Positions 10,023 through 18,394 of a DNA stretch of 37,640 nucleotides are shown here, piece after piece (within the stretch, counting starts at the first letter, position 1; each line of letters begins with the position of its first letter). This DNA comes from an uncultured Thermomicrobiales bacterium (GTDB lineage Bacteria; Chloroflexota; Chloroflexia; Thermomicrobiales; CFX8), in contig CAYNTE010000006.1 in assembly GCA_964399615.1 (NCBI GenBank), positions 1 to 37,640 of the forward strand, given 5' to 3'. The position numbers were made by a program, and so were the translations under genes. Under the pieces are notes generated by a model. The model worked only from the letters and a program-made list of their open reading frames with translations, did not search any database and was not told where the DNA came from.

Positions 10023-11393
10023 ATGGCAAAGATACAAGCCGCGGATCTGCTACTCACCGGTTGGGGCAGGACAAATCCCTCGCTCGCCCGCGTCTACCGT
10101 CCTCAATCCGTTGACCAACTCAGCTGGCTGGTTGAGCAGCCGTCAGAGCGCGGACTGATTGCTCGCGGTCTGGGTCGCAGCTACGGCGATCCAGCCCAAA
10201 ATGCAGGCGGAACCGTGCTCGACCTCACCCAGCTTCGACAGGTTCATGCGGTCGACCTGGAGCGCTATCAGGTGACCGTTGATGCTGGGCTGAGTCTCGA
10301 TGCGCTGATGCGCTTGTTCGTGCCATTGGGAATGTTCGTACCTGTCACGCCGGGCACTCGTTTTGTGACTGTCGGCGGCGCGATTGCCTCTGATATTCAT
10401 GGCAAGAATCACCATCTCGACGGTAGCTTTGGGAACCACGTCGTTGACCTAGAGCTGTTGGCCGCGTCCGGGCAGCGCTTGCGAGCGTCCCCTACTGAGA
10501 ACGCTGATGTGTTTCGCGCGACATTGGGTGGGATGGGGTTGACCGGCTTTGTCACCCAGGCCACGCTACAGATGATTCCAATTGAGACATCCTACGTCAC
10601 CGTATTGACCGAGCGCGTCGACAACCTCGATCAGCTGATGACCCGCATGATCGAGAGCGACCGCGATTTTCGTTACTCAGTTGCCTGGGTTGATACCTTG
10701 GCCAAGGGGCGCAATCTTGGTCGTGGTGTGCTGTATCAGGGGAATCACACGGCACGGTCAGAACTGGGCGCCCAACTGGATGGAGCACTGGACTTTACCC
10801 CGCCTCCGACGCTGACCATGCCGGAGCTCTTCCCTAACGGACTCATCAGACGGTCGAGTGTGGCGGCATTCAATGAGCTCTGGTTCAGGCGTCACCCAGT
10901 CCGTGAGGTCTCCCGCCAGCGCTTGTGGCAGTTCTTCCACCAGCTCGATATGGTCCACTACAGCAATCGTATGTATGGACCTGCAGGGTTTATTCAGCAT
11001 CAGTTTGTAGTGCCTGAAGAGCGATCCGACCTGATTCGTGAAGCTATCGAAGAGCTCAGCGTGCGCAATTGTCCGAGCTTTCTGGTCGTTCTCAAGCGCA
11101 TGGGACCCGGCAACGGACTGATGTCATTTCCCATAGCTGGCTGGACGCTCGCGGTAGACATCCCGACGCTTTGGGACGATCTTGGAGCATTCCTTGATGA
11201 TCTAGACGAGCGAGTGGTTCGGGCTGGCGGTCGAATATACCTGGCTAAAGATGCACGGATGCGAGCTGGGTTGTTGCCTGAGATGTACCCGGAGATTACC
11301 AGCTGGCAGAATGTTGCAAATGCTCTCGATCCAGGCCGGCGCTTGCGTTCAGATCTTGATCGCCGGTTGCGGTTGCGAGAGGAAGGTCGATAA
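10023..11393 (+). CDS. dprE1: FAD-dependent oxidase, DprE1-like (decaprenylphosphoryl-beta-D-ribose 2'-oxidase family)
   Basis: 456 aa with a PCMH-type FAD-binding domain: GLGRSYGD and VTPGTRFVTVGGAIASDIHGKNHH. The C-terminal block LMSFPIAGWTLAVDIP...GGRIYLAKDAR is collinear with mycobacterial DprE1 as I recall it. Its partner dprE2-like gene starts 4 nt after its stop. Confidence 0.8.
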   Translation: MAKIQAADLLLTGWGRTNPSLARVYRPQSVDQLSWLVEQPSERGLIARGLGRSYGDPAQNAGGTVLDLTQLRQVHAVDLERYQVTVDAGLSLDALMRLFVPLGMFVPVTPGTRFVTVGGAIASDIHGKNHHLDGSFGNHVVDLELLAASGQRLRASPTENADVFRATLGGMGLTGFVTQATLQMIPIETSYVTVLTERVDNLDQLMTRMIESDRDFRYSVAWVDTLAKGRNLGRGVLYQGNHTARSELGAQLDGALDFTPPPTLTMPELFPNGLIRRSSVAAFNELWFRRHPVREVSRQRLWQFFHQLDMVHYSNRMYGPAGFIQHQFVVPEERSDLIREAIEELSVRNCPSFLVVLKRMGPGNGLMSFPIAGWTLAVDIPTLWDDLGAFLDDLDERVVRAGGRIYLAKDARMRAGLLPEMYPEITSWQNVANALDPGRRLRSDLDRRLRLREEGR

Positions 11394-11396
11394 AGA

Positions 11397-12158
11397 ATGG
11401 AAAATGCATTCGGTTTGCCCCAGCGCGTAGTGATTCTGGGAGGAGACTCAGACATTGGCATCGCTACCGCGACGAAGCTGATCTCGCGTGGTGCCAGCGA
11501 ATTCGTTCTGGCGGGCCGGAATGTGGAGCATCTGGAATCGCGCGCTGAATTTCTCCGGTCACGCGGTGCGGATACTGTCGATGTCGTTCCGTTCGATGCG
11601 CTCGACTTTGATACCCACCCGGGATTTGTCGACCTCCTCTTCTCAAGTCCACAGGATATCGATCTTGTCTTGGTGACGTTCGGGCTGCTCGGCGATCAAG
11701 AGCGGGATGAGACCGATGCCCAGCGTGCCGTTCAGGTGGCTCAAGTCAATTACACAGGCGCGATGTCGGTCCTGATACCCATTTCCCAGCGACTTCGAAA
11801 GCAGGGGCACGGTGCCATCGTCGTGCTCTCGTCGGTGGCTGCCGAGCGAGCCAGGCGCTCGAACTTCATCTATGGGTCGGCAAAGGCTGGAATCGATTGG
11901 TTTGCCCAGGGGCTTGGTGATGCGCTGCAAGGCACTGGCGTGCACGTGATGATTGTGCGGCCCGGGTTCGCCAAGTCGAAGATGACCGAGCACTTGAAGA
12001 CGCCCCCGCTTGCTACCGAACCGGAAGCCATCGCGACGGCGATCGTGGATGGTCTCAAGAATCGCAGTGAGATAGTTTGGGTGCCTGGCAAATTGCGCTG
12101 GGTGATGACCGTGATTCGCCAGCTGCCACGCCCGATCTTTCGCAAGCTGAAGTTCTGA
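11397..12158 (+). CDS. dprE2: Short-chain dehydrogenase, DprE2-like (decaprenylphospho-erythro-pentofuranosid-2-ulose 2-reductase family)
   Basis: 253 aa. It has the classical SDR features ILGGDSDIG (a glycine-rich variant), SSVAAERA and YGSAKAG (YxxxK). Size and tight coupling to the dprE1-like gene match the DprE1/DprE2 pair. Confidence 0.75.
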   Translation: MENAFGLPQRVVILGGDSDIGIATATKLISRGASEFVLAGRNVEHLESRAEFLRSRGADTVDVVPFDALDFDTHPGFVDLLFSSPQDIDLVLVTFGLLGDQERDETDAQRAVQVAQVNYTGAMSVLIPISQRLRKQGHGAIVVLSSVAAERARRSNFIYGSAKAGIDWFAQGLGDALQGTGVHVMIVRPGFAKSKMTEHLKTPPLATEPEAIATAIVDGLKNRSEIVWVPGKLRWVMTVIRQLPRPIFRKLKF

Positions 12159-12159
12159 G

Positions 12160-12966
12160 CTATTTCGTCAGCTTGACCTTGCGTCCGACTCCGCCTACGA
12201 ATGACGTTCGCCAGTCGATGCCGAGGTCAATCAATCTGCGCTCGGTGTCTTGAATGCTGTGCCCGGTGTCTTCTGGTTTGTGGGAATCAGAGCCGATCGT
12301 GACGACGTCGCCACCTTCGTCGATAAACCAACGAATAACGTCCGGCTCAGGGTGGGTTGCGTAGGTTCCCTTGCGAATGAGCGAGGTATTGAGCTCGAAT
12401 CCGATGCCCTTGCGCGCGGCATTTCGAAATATCTCGCGGTAACGGCCTTCAAAATGTTCGCGGTCGACGTCGAGTGGCGAGATGCCGTGGTAGCGGCGCG
12501 GCAGGTCGGCGTGTCCGATGACGGAAGCGAAGCCTGCATCCACCAGGCCAGCTAGCTCGTCGAAGTAGGACTCATACATAGCTCGCGGGCCGCCGAAGTC
12601 TTCAACTGGAAAGAACCCCACATATCGGTGATCGAGATTGTGGACTGAGCCGATGATGAAGTCGAATTCGTGGCGAGTGACGAATGCCTCAACTTCTTTG
12701 GCAATGCTGTGGTTCCAGTCGACTTCGGCCGCGAGGAGAATCTGGAGCTGACCCTCGAAGACTGCTCGACAGCGGTCGATTTCAGCACGGTAGGCGTCGA
12801 TATCATAGTGATCGATGGACTCCTGATCGCACGTGTCGTGATCGACATGCTCGGTGAAGGCGATCTCGGTAATGCCTGCGGCGATAGCCGCCTGGCACTG
12901 CTGTTCCATGACAGCGTCACTATCGACCGAGAAATTCGTGTGGACGTGGTAGTCGCCTCGAGACAT
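12160..12966 (-). CDS. PHP-domain histidinol-phosphatase family protein (HisJ/HisK type)
   Basis: Shows the PHP metal-ligand pattern DYHVHTNFSVDS, FTEHVD, GSVH, IGHADL and GSDSH. The ATG at 12966 is preceded by GAGGAGAG. Its stop is 1 nt from the dprE2-like stop (convergent). Confidence 0.85.
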   Translation of the reverse strand: MSRGDYHVHTNFSVDSDAVMEQQCQAAIAAGITEIAFTEHVDHDTCDQESIDHYDIDAYRAEIDRCRAVFEGQLQILLAAEVDWNHSIAKEVEAFVTRHEFDFIIGSVHNLDHRYVGFFPVEDFGGPRAMYESYFDELAGLVDAGFASVIGHADLPRRYHGISPLDVDREHFEGRYREIFRNAARKGIGFELNTSLIRKGTYATHPEPDVIRWFIDEGGDVVTIGSDSHKPEDTGHSIQDTERRLIDLGIDWRTSFVGGVGRKVKLTK

Positions 12967-13073
12967 GCAGGATTCTCTCCTCTTATTTGTGCCCGACTGC
13001 AGATCTAATCGACTGGCTGGTGAGGACGCTGATGCATCCAGCACGCGATAAAGGATAGACCGGCTGCCATGAG

Positions 13074-13103
13074 TTGTCAGGGGATAGCGAAAATGCCTAG
13101 AAT
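13074..13103 (+). promoter_or_regulatory. Candidate sigma70-type promoter for hppA
   Basis: TTGTCA (13074-13079), an 18-nt spacer, then TAGAAT (13098-13103), about 85 nt upstream of the hppA start. Confidence 0.55.
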
Positions 13104-13187
13104 AGCGCGGTTAGATTGGCACTTTTTCCGGCCATTCATCGGTTGGAAATGCCTTCGGCATGTTCGACATGACTCAATGGGGAGCGG

Positions 13188-15263
13188 GTGGCTGTGAGTG
13201 AGGTTGGCTGGAGTCTACTGATCGCGGGCATCGCATCGATTGCTGCGATTGCCTACGGTCTTGTGCTTGTTCGGTCGGTACTTGCCCAGCCGCAGGGCAA
13301 CGAACGGATGCGGAACATTGCGCAGGCGATCCAGGAGGGTGCTGAGGCGTACATGCGTCGCCAGTACCAGCTGGTTGCTGTCGTCGCAGTGATCGTTGCG
13401 GTATTACTCGCAATCCTGATCAATTGGGAAACGGCACTCGGGTTTCTGTTTGGCGCGGTAGCCTCGGCGGCTGCAGGCGTCATCGGCATGAGTGTCGCGG
13501 TACGTGCGAATGTCCGCACGGCCGAAGCGGGACGCCATAGTCTCAATGGAGCGCTCAGCACGGCGTTCAAGGGCGGCACAGTCACGGGCCTGCTCGTGGT
13601 AGGGCTGGGCCTCGGCTCGGTCACGCTCTTCTATGCCATCTTCGGCGATGTCGATTCGCTGATCGGCCTGGGCTTTGGTGGTTCGCTCATTTCCGTCTTT
13701 GCCCGCATCGGGGGCGGAATCTACACCAAGGGCGCCGACGTCGGCGCCGACCTGGTCGGCAAAGTTGAAGCGGGTATCCCAGAGGATGACCCGCGTAACC
13801 CGGGAGTGATTGCCGACAACGTTGGCGACAATGTCGGTGACTGCGCTGGCATGGCCGCTGACCTGTTTGAGACGTACGCAGTGACCGTTATCGCTGCGAT
13901 GCTTCTCGGCGACATCGTCTTCGATGGCAATGAAACAGTCATCGTATTCCCGCTGCTTCTCGGCGCGGTGTCGATCTTTGCTTCGATTATCGGTACCTTC
14001 TTCGTCCGGACTTCTTCTGATACGGGCATCATGCGCGCGCTCTACCAGGGGGTAATCGGTGCCGTGGTCCTGGCGGTGATCGCGTTCTTCCCGGTCACAA
14101 GCTGGCTGATGGGCGACAACGGGGTAATCACCGACTCGAGCATCTCGCTCTTCAAGTGGTTCGACTTCAGCCTGAGCCCGACACTCAAGATCTTCTTCGC
14201 GGCGGTGGTAGGAATCCTGGTGACAGTCGGGATTATCGTCGTAACGGAGTTCTATACGTCCACCAAGTACAAACCAGTGCAGGATATCGCTGAGGCCTCG
14301 GAAACAGGCCATGCAACGAACATCATTTCTGGCCTTGCTCTGTCGATGAAGTCGACAGCGATTCCCATCGTCATCATCGCCTTCGCAATCTACCTCTCCT
14401 ACGGGCTGACGAGTGGTGACGTGCCGTACACCGGTCTCTACGGCATCGCGATTGCAGCTGTGGCAATGCTCTCGATGACCGGTATCATCGTGGCAATTGA
14501 CTCGTTTGGTCCGATTACTGATAACGCTGGTGGTATCGCTGAGATGGCTGAGATGCCCGCAGAGGTTCGCGCCATTACTGATCCACTGGATGCCGTTGGC
14601 AACACGACCAAGGCGATCACCAAGGCCTACGCAATCGGTTCGGCTGGACTGGCAGCACTGGTTCTCTTTGCATCGTTCTTCCTGGAACTCGATCCGAGAC
14701 CCTTCTTCGAATTGAGCGATCCAAATGTCGTTATCGGCCTGATCATTGGTGGCGCGCTTCCATACTTCTTCGGTGCGTTGCTGATGGAGGCGGTTGGCAA
14801 GGCTGGCTCAGCGGTCGTCATCGAAGTACGCCGCCAGTTCCGCGAGATGCCTGGCATTCTCGAGGGCACGCAGCGGCCTGAATATGGTCGTGCGGTGGAC
14901 ATTGTCACCCGCCAGGCGTTGCGCGAGATGATGATCCCGGCGCTGATTCCGATTGTGGTCCCGATTGTGATCGGTATCACGCTCGGTAAGGAAGCCGTAG
15001 GTGGCATGTTGATCGGCTCGATCCTGACCGGGCTCTTCGTCGCAATCTCGATGACAACCGGTGGTGCGGCGTGGGACAACGCTAAGAAGTACATCGAAGA
15101 GGGCCATCATGGTGGCAAGAATTCGATGGCACACCAGGCTTCAGTGACTGGTGACACGGTCGGCGACCCATACAAGGACACGGCCGGACCGGCCATCAAC
15201 CCGATGATCAAGATCGTCAATATCGTCGCGCTGCTGATGGTTATCGCCCTCAACTGGGGGTAG
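13188..15263 (+). CDS. hppA: Membrane-bound proton-translocating pyrophosphatase, K+-independent type
   Basis: 691 aa, polytopic. Motifs are [29 protein letters not shown] and [20 protein letters not shown] has Lys at 14610-14612, which marks the K+-independent subfamily. The start is GTG 13188 or GTG 13194; the SD GGGGAG fits the latter better. Confidence 0.95.
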   Translation: MAVSEVGWSLLIAGIASIAAIAYGLVLVRSVLAQPQGNERMRNIAQAIQEGAEAYMRRQYQLVAVVAVIVAVLLAILINWETALGFLFGAVASAAAGVIGMSVAVRANVRTAEAGRHSLNGALSTAFKGGTVTGLLVVGLGLGSVTLFYAIFGDVDSLIGLGFGGSLISVFARIGGGIYTKGADVGADLVGKVEAGIPEDDPRNPGVIADNVGDNVGDCAGMAADLFETYAVTVIAAMLLGDIVFDGNETVIVFPLLLGAVSIFASIIGTFFVRTSSDTGIMRALYQGVIGAVVLAVIAFFPVTSWLMGDNGVITDSSISLFKWFDFSLSPTLKIFFAAVVGILVTVGIIVVTEFYTSTKYKPVQDIAEASETGHATNIISGLALSMKSTAIPIVIIAFAIYLSYGLTSGDVPYTGLYGIAIAAVAMLSMTGIIVAIDSFGPITDNAGGIAEMAEMPAEVRAITDPLDAVGNTTKAITKAYAIGSAGLAALVLFASFFLELDPRPFFELSDPNVVIGLIIGGALPYFFGALLMEAVGKAGSAVVIEVRRQFREMPGILEGTQRPEYGRAVDIVTRQALREMMIPALIPIVVPIVIGITLGKEAVGGMLIGSILTGLFVAISMTTGGAAWDNAKKYIEEGHHGGKNSMAHQASVTGDTVGDPYKDTAGPAINPMIKIVNIVALLMVIALNWG

Positions 15264-15297
15264 ATTCCAATATTCGGCAGTAAGACTACGCAAATCC

Positions 15298-15330
15298 GGG
15301 CCGCACCAATCTGGTGCGGCCCGTTCGTTG
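15298..15330 (+). terminator. Probable intrinsic terminator/attenuating hairpin after hppA
   Basis: 10-bp stem GGGCCGCACC / GGTGCGGCCC with loop AATCT, followed by the weak T-rich tail GTTCGTTGG. Confidence 0.5.
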
Positions 15331-15403
15331 GGATCTGTTCTCCGGTATGCTATCCCAGTGGGGATCGAGTGAACTCGTGAATGGCTCTGAGGAGATGCCC
15401 GGC

Positions 15404-15730
15404 ATGAAGCTCTTTGTGCTTATTGTCCAGGACTATGATGCGCCCGAGCTGCTGCGTGCGATGCTTGATGCGGGATTCGGTGTCACTCAGGTGAGTACCA
15501 CTGGCGGATTTCTGCGCGAGGGGAACACCACCTTCCTCGTCGGGGTTGACGACAAAGATGGCGCCAAGCTCCTGCGCATCGTTGAGCGCAATTGCTCCGA
15601 ACGCGTGGAGATCGTGCGACCGACAGGTTCGACTGATTTTGAGGAGTGGTATCCCGCCGACCAGATCGAGGTCGAAGTTGGCGGTGCTACGGTCTTCGTC
15701 TTCAACGTGCTGAGGTATGAGCGTGTCTAA
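15404..15730 (+). CDS. darA: PII-like cyclic-di-AMP receptor family protein (DarA/YaaQ, DUF970)
   Basis: 108 aa. MKLFVLIVQDYDAPELLRAMLDAGFGVTQVSTTGGFLREGNTTFLVGVDD...VEVGGATVFV is collinear with B. subtilis YaaQ/DarA as I recall it (TTGGFL..GNTT and EVGGATVFV blocks). The ATG at 15404 lies 9 nt after GAGGAG. Confidence 0.8.
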   Translation: MKLFVLIVQDYDAPELLRAMLDAGFGVTQVSTTGGFLREGNTTFLVGVDDKDGAKLLRIVERNCSERVEIVRPTGSTDFEEWYPADQIEVEVGGATVFVFNVLRYERV

Positions 15731-15977
15731 AGCCCGTCAGAAATTCATGCGCGGGTTGGTGCGTTATTACCTGGCGCTGAAGATCAGTGCAATGGCGGCA
15801 TCGCCTGCTGCGTCGCAACCTGACCTCGCGGCGGAGAGCCCGCCGGCAGTCCGGCAATATATTCCACACGTACATGGCACATGGGATCGTCGCGAAATCA
15901 TCGCGGATGAGCGTGGGGCGGAATTCGTGATCCACGTCGAGCGTAACCCGGTACGCCCGAGCTTTCACTCCAATTAA
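15717..15977 (+). CDS. Hypothetical small protein, translationally overlapped with darA-like gene
   Basis: 86-aa ORF whose ATG lies inside the last 14 nt of the darA-like gene. Its composition looks coding. The fully overlapping minus-strand ORF (15702-15968) is Arg-rich and looks antisense-type. I recognise no family. Confidence 0.4.
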   Translation: MSVSKARQKFMRGLVRYYLALKISAMAASPAASQPDLAAESPPAVRQYIPHVHGTWDRREIIADERGAEFVIHVERNPVRPSFHSN

Positions 15978-15993
15978 TTGACCGTGCTGCCGG

Positions 15994-16527
15994 TCAGGCG
16001 AAGCTAAACGGCCGGCCAGCGGCTCGTTGCTCTTCGGTCAACATGTCCTCCAGAATGCGTTGCATGGCCATCACATGGCAGCAGGTGCCGTGACCCTCGA
16101 AGAAGTGGCAATCACAGTGGAACTCGTTATTCTCAAGTGAGAGATGATGATCGTCGTGTCCGCCGCGCATCGTGGATTTGAATGAGCGGAACGTGACCCG
16201 TTGAGGCTCTTCGGCATACCGTCGAGCTTTTTCAACCTTGCTGATGAGTGTAGAAGGTGTAGAAGAGAAGCTGAATGGCACTCCCGCTGTCTGCTGATCT
16301 TCGGTCAGCATTTGGGCCAAGATCTTTTGCATGGCCATGATATGGGCGCTGGTGCCGTGAGAAGTGAACGAGGGGCTCGTATCTGCGAACGTACTGTCTT
16401 TCATCGTCACGACATAATTCGCATGCTCACCTCGAAAGTCGACTTCGAAGGCCTTGAATCGCACTCGCTCCGGTTCTTCGGCGTAGCGGCGGGCCTTCTC
16501 GACCTTGCTGATGAGGGTTGAGTTCAT
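15994..16527 (-). CDS. SWIM zinc-finger protein made of two tandem homologous repeats
   Basis: 177 aa from the ATG at 16527, which follows AGGAG. Two ~85-aa repeats both begin STLISKVEKARRYAEEP and end AG.PFSF. The C-terminal repeat has FHCDCHFFEGHGTCCH (CxCxnCxH, SWIM). In the N-terminal repeat all Cys are replaced (FADTSPSFTSHGTSAH). Confidence 0.8.
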   Translation of the reverse strand: MNSTLISKVEKARRYAEEPERVRFKAFEVDFRGEHANYVVTMKDSTFADTSPSFTSHGTSAHIMAMQKILAQMLTEDQQTAGVPFSFSSTPSTLISKVEKARRYAEEPQRVTFRSFKSTMRGGHDDHHLSLENNEFHCDCHFFEGHGTCCHVMAMQRILEDMLTEEQRAAGRPFSFA

Positions 16528-16671
16528 CACAGGGCTCCTATCTAGCTCCATGGAACGCAAACAAAAATGCGCCACGACACGAGGTCGGGCGCTACGCTTC
16601 TCCGAGTAGGGGTGGTCGGTCTCCGGACATCGATTCCGGCAATCCCTTCTGGTCGATATTTCGATATTCCC

Positions 16672-16699
16672 AGTCTAGCAGATCTCGACTAACTTACAA
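16672..16699 (-). promoter_or_regulatory. Candidate promoter for the SWIM gene
   Basis: The minus strand reads TTGTAA (16694-16699), a 16-nt spacer, then TAGACT (16672-16677). A tandem TCGATATT repeat sits immediately downstream. Confidence 0.4.
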
Positions 16700-16781
16700 A
16701 TCGCTGCGCGTCCAGCTGCCGGATTGCCGCTGGCAAGATTCAACTGGCAAAGTAGATCTGATTGGCGAGGAGCGCGTCGAG

Positions 16782-17423
16782 ATGGGGAACGGCAACGTCA
16801 GCGTAGCAATTCTCACCGGTGGTGAGAGCCGGCGGATGGGCCAGGACAAGGCATTGCTCGACTGGAATGGCACACCAATGCTCGCCCATATCCTGGCCAG
16901 GCTGAGGCCCCTTGGAGAACTCATCGCCGAGGTACTCATCGTTGGAGACCGGCCGCAATATCACGAATTTGGTGCAGCGGTCATCGCGGATCGATATCCT
17001 GGAGCTGGAACGCTCGGAGGGATAGCCACAGCACTCGAAGTGGCGCGGAACGACTGGGTGTTGATCCTGGCATGCGACATGCCGCTGATCAGCGCCACAC
17101 TCATACGAGAGATGTTGAAGCTGCCACGGGATTGCGATGCATTGGTGCCTGTGGTCGAGGGCTCGCACGGGGGCCAGCGTGGTCGGCAGACGTTTCATAC
17201 GACCCATGCGTTATACCGGTCGACATGCTTGCCATCTATCCAGCGTCGGATCGACATCGATGATTTGCGAGTGGTCTCCTTCTTTGACGACATCGTCGTT
17301 CGCGAAGTCGACGAGTCGTGGTCGCGGGAGTTTGACCCCGACCTGCGCTCGTTCCTCAACATCAACCGACCAGACGAGCTGGAATTCGCGCGGCAGATCG
17401 CAGGGATTGCCAAATCCTGTTAG
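16782..17423 (+). CDS. mobA: Molybdenum cofactor guanylyltransferase
   Basis: 213 aa from the ATG at 16782, which follows GAGGAG. Motifs are ILTGGESRRMGQDKALL, GAGTLGGI and LACDMPLI. The N-terminal extension in the ORF track lacks any MobA similarity. Confidence 0.88.
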   Translation: MGNGNVSVAILTGGESRRMGQDKALLDWNGTPMLAHILARLRPLGELIAEVLIVGDRPQYHEFGAAVIADRYPGAGTLGGIATALEVARNDWVLILACDMPLISATLIREMLKLPRDCDALVPVVEGSHGGQRGRQTFHTTHALYRSTCLPSIQRRIDIDDLRVVSFFDDIVVREVDESWSREFDPDLRSFLNINRPDELEFARQIAGIAKSC

Positions 17424-17517
17424 CTCAAGAATTTGGGCGCACGTGAAAGCTCACGCGAAAAGGCTATGTCCCGGGTACAATCGCTGGGATTGACTAGCTC
17501 TCGCGGGGGACACGTGA

Positions 17518-18333
17518 ATGACTAAACCGAACGGAATCGTGACAATCCTGACGGATTTTGGGACCGTAGACGCATATGTCGCGGCCATGAAAGGGGCGTT
17601 GCTCTCGATAAACCAGGCCGCGACATTGGTCGATATTACCCACCATATCCCAACTCAGGACGTTACTGAGGCGGCGTTTCAGCTCGCTACTGTCTGGAGC
17701 ACATTCCCACCTGGGACAGTGCACATAATCGTGGTCGATCCGGGCGTTGGCACGGAGCGGCGCGCTATCGCAGTCGAGCTCGGCGATCAATTTTTTGTAA
17801 CACCTGATAACGGGGTGCTGACGCTATTGACGGGCAACACCCCGCCCAGCCGGGCGATCGAACTCAATCGCACGGAATTCATGCGTGGGAATGTTTCATC
17901 GACCTTTCACGGGCGCGATATCTTTGCGCCGGCGGCGGGGTATCTGTCGAGCGGTGAGGTTGACTTCGCTGATCTGGGCACCGAAATTGATCCAGGTTCA
18001 ATCGTTTCTCTTCCGTGGGCACCGATGCGGGACGGGGAAGACGAGATCCGTGCTCCAATCGTCTCAGTGGACCGGTTTGGAAACTGCCGGACACTGATAA
18101 CCAGAAAGCAAGTTCCTTGGAGCCTCGAGGACTCATACGTCAGTGGCGGCGACGTTACCGTGCGGGGAATCAAGAACACCTATGCCGATGTGCCAGCCGG
18201 CAAGACGCTCGCACTTTTCGGCAGCCACGGTGGTTTGGAGCTGGCGGTTCGAGACGGGAATGCCGCTGCATCGTGGGACCTCAAGCGTGGCGATATCGTG
18301 ACGGTCTTTCGTCGCACTATCAGGGCATCATGA
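17518..18333 (+). CDS. SAM hydroxide adenosyltransferase family protein (DUF62; fluorinase/chlorinase-related)
   Basis: 271 aa. The blocks IVTILTDFGTVDAYVAAMKG, DITHHIP and TFHGRDIFAPAAGYL are the conserved blocks of the DUF62/SAM hydrolase family. Confidence 0.85.
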   Translation: MTKPNGIVTILTDFGTVDAYVAAMKGALLSINQAATLVDITHHIPTQDVTEAAFQLATVWSTFPPGTVHIIVVDPGVGTERRAIAVELGDQFFVTPDNGVLTLLTGNTPPSRAIELNRTEFMRGNVSSTFHGRDIFAPAAGYLSSGEVDFADLGTEIDPGSIVSLPWAPMRDGEDEIRAPIVSVDRFGNCRTLITRKQVPWSLEDSYVSGGDVTVRGIKNTYADVPAGKTLALFGSHGGLELAVRDGNAAASWDLKRGDIVTVFRRTIRAS

Positions 18334-18343
18334 ACGTGTGGTT

Positions 18344-18352
18344 TGCTACAAT
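18344..18352 (+). promoter_or_regulatory. Candidate extended -10 promoter (TGcTACAAT) for the small gene at 18395
   Basis: TG-C-TACAAT at 18344-18352 with no good -35. It is followed by the perfect 12-bp palindrome CGATTGCAATCG (18356-18367). Confidence 0.4.
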
Positions 18353-18394
18353 CAGCGATTGCAATCGATGAATAGGCGGGAATAACAGAGAACG

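Noticed and set aside
13404-14312. 302-aa minus-strand ORF inside hppA
   Set aside because: It is antisense to a clearly genuine H+-PPase. Its composition (R/D/E/H-rich) is the mirror of a hydrophobic membrane protein, and it has no motifs.
16719-16753. Repeated CTGGCAA motifs (CTGGCAAGATTCAACTGGCAA) upstream of mobA as a possible sigma-54 promoter
   Set aside because: The sigma-54 consensus needs TGGCAC-N5-TTGC. The TTGC element at the right spacing is missing.
16518-16781. N-terminal 88-aa extension of the mobA ORF in the ORF track, and similar extensions on mdh, the PHP phosphatase, darA, miaB, rpsL and the SWIM ORF
   Set aside because: The extensions lack homology to the respective families and overlap divergent promoter regions. 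In each case an internal start with a good Shine-Dalgarno gives a protein of canonical length.
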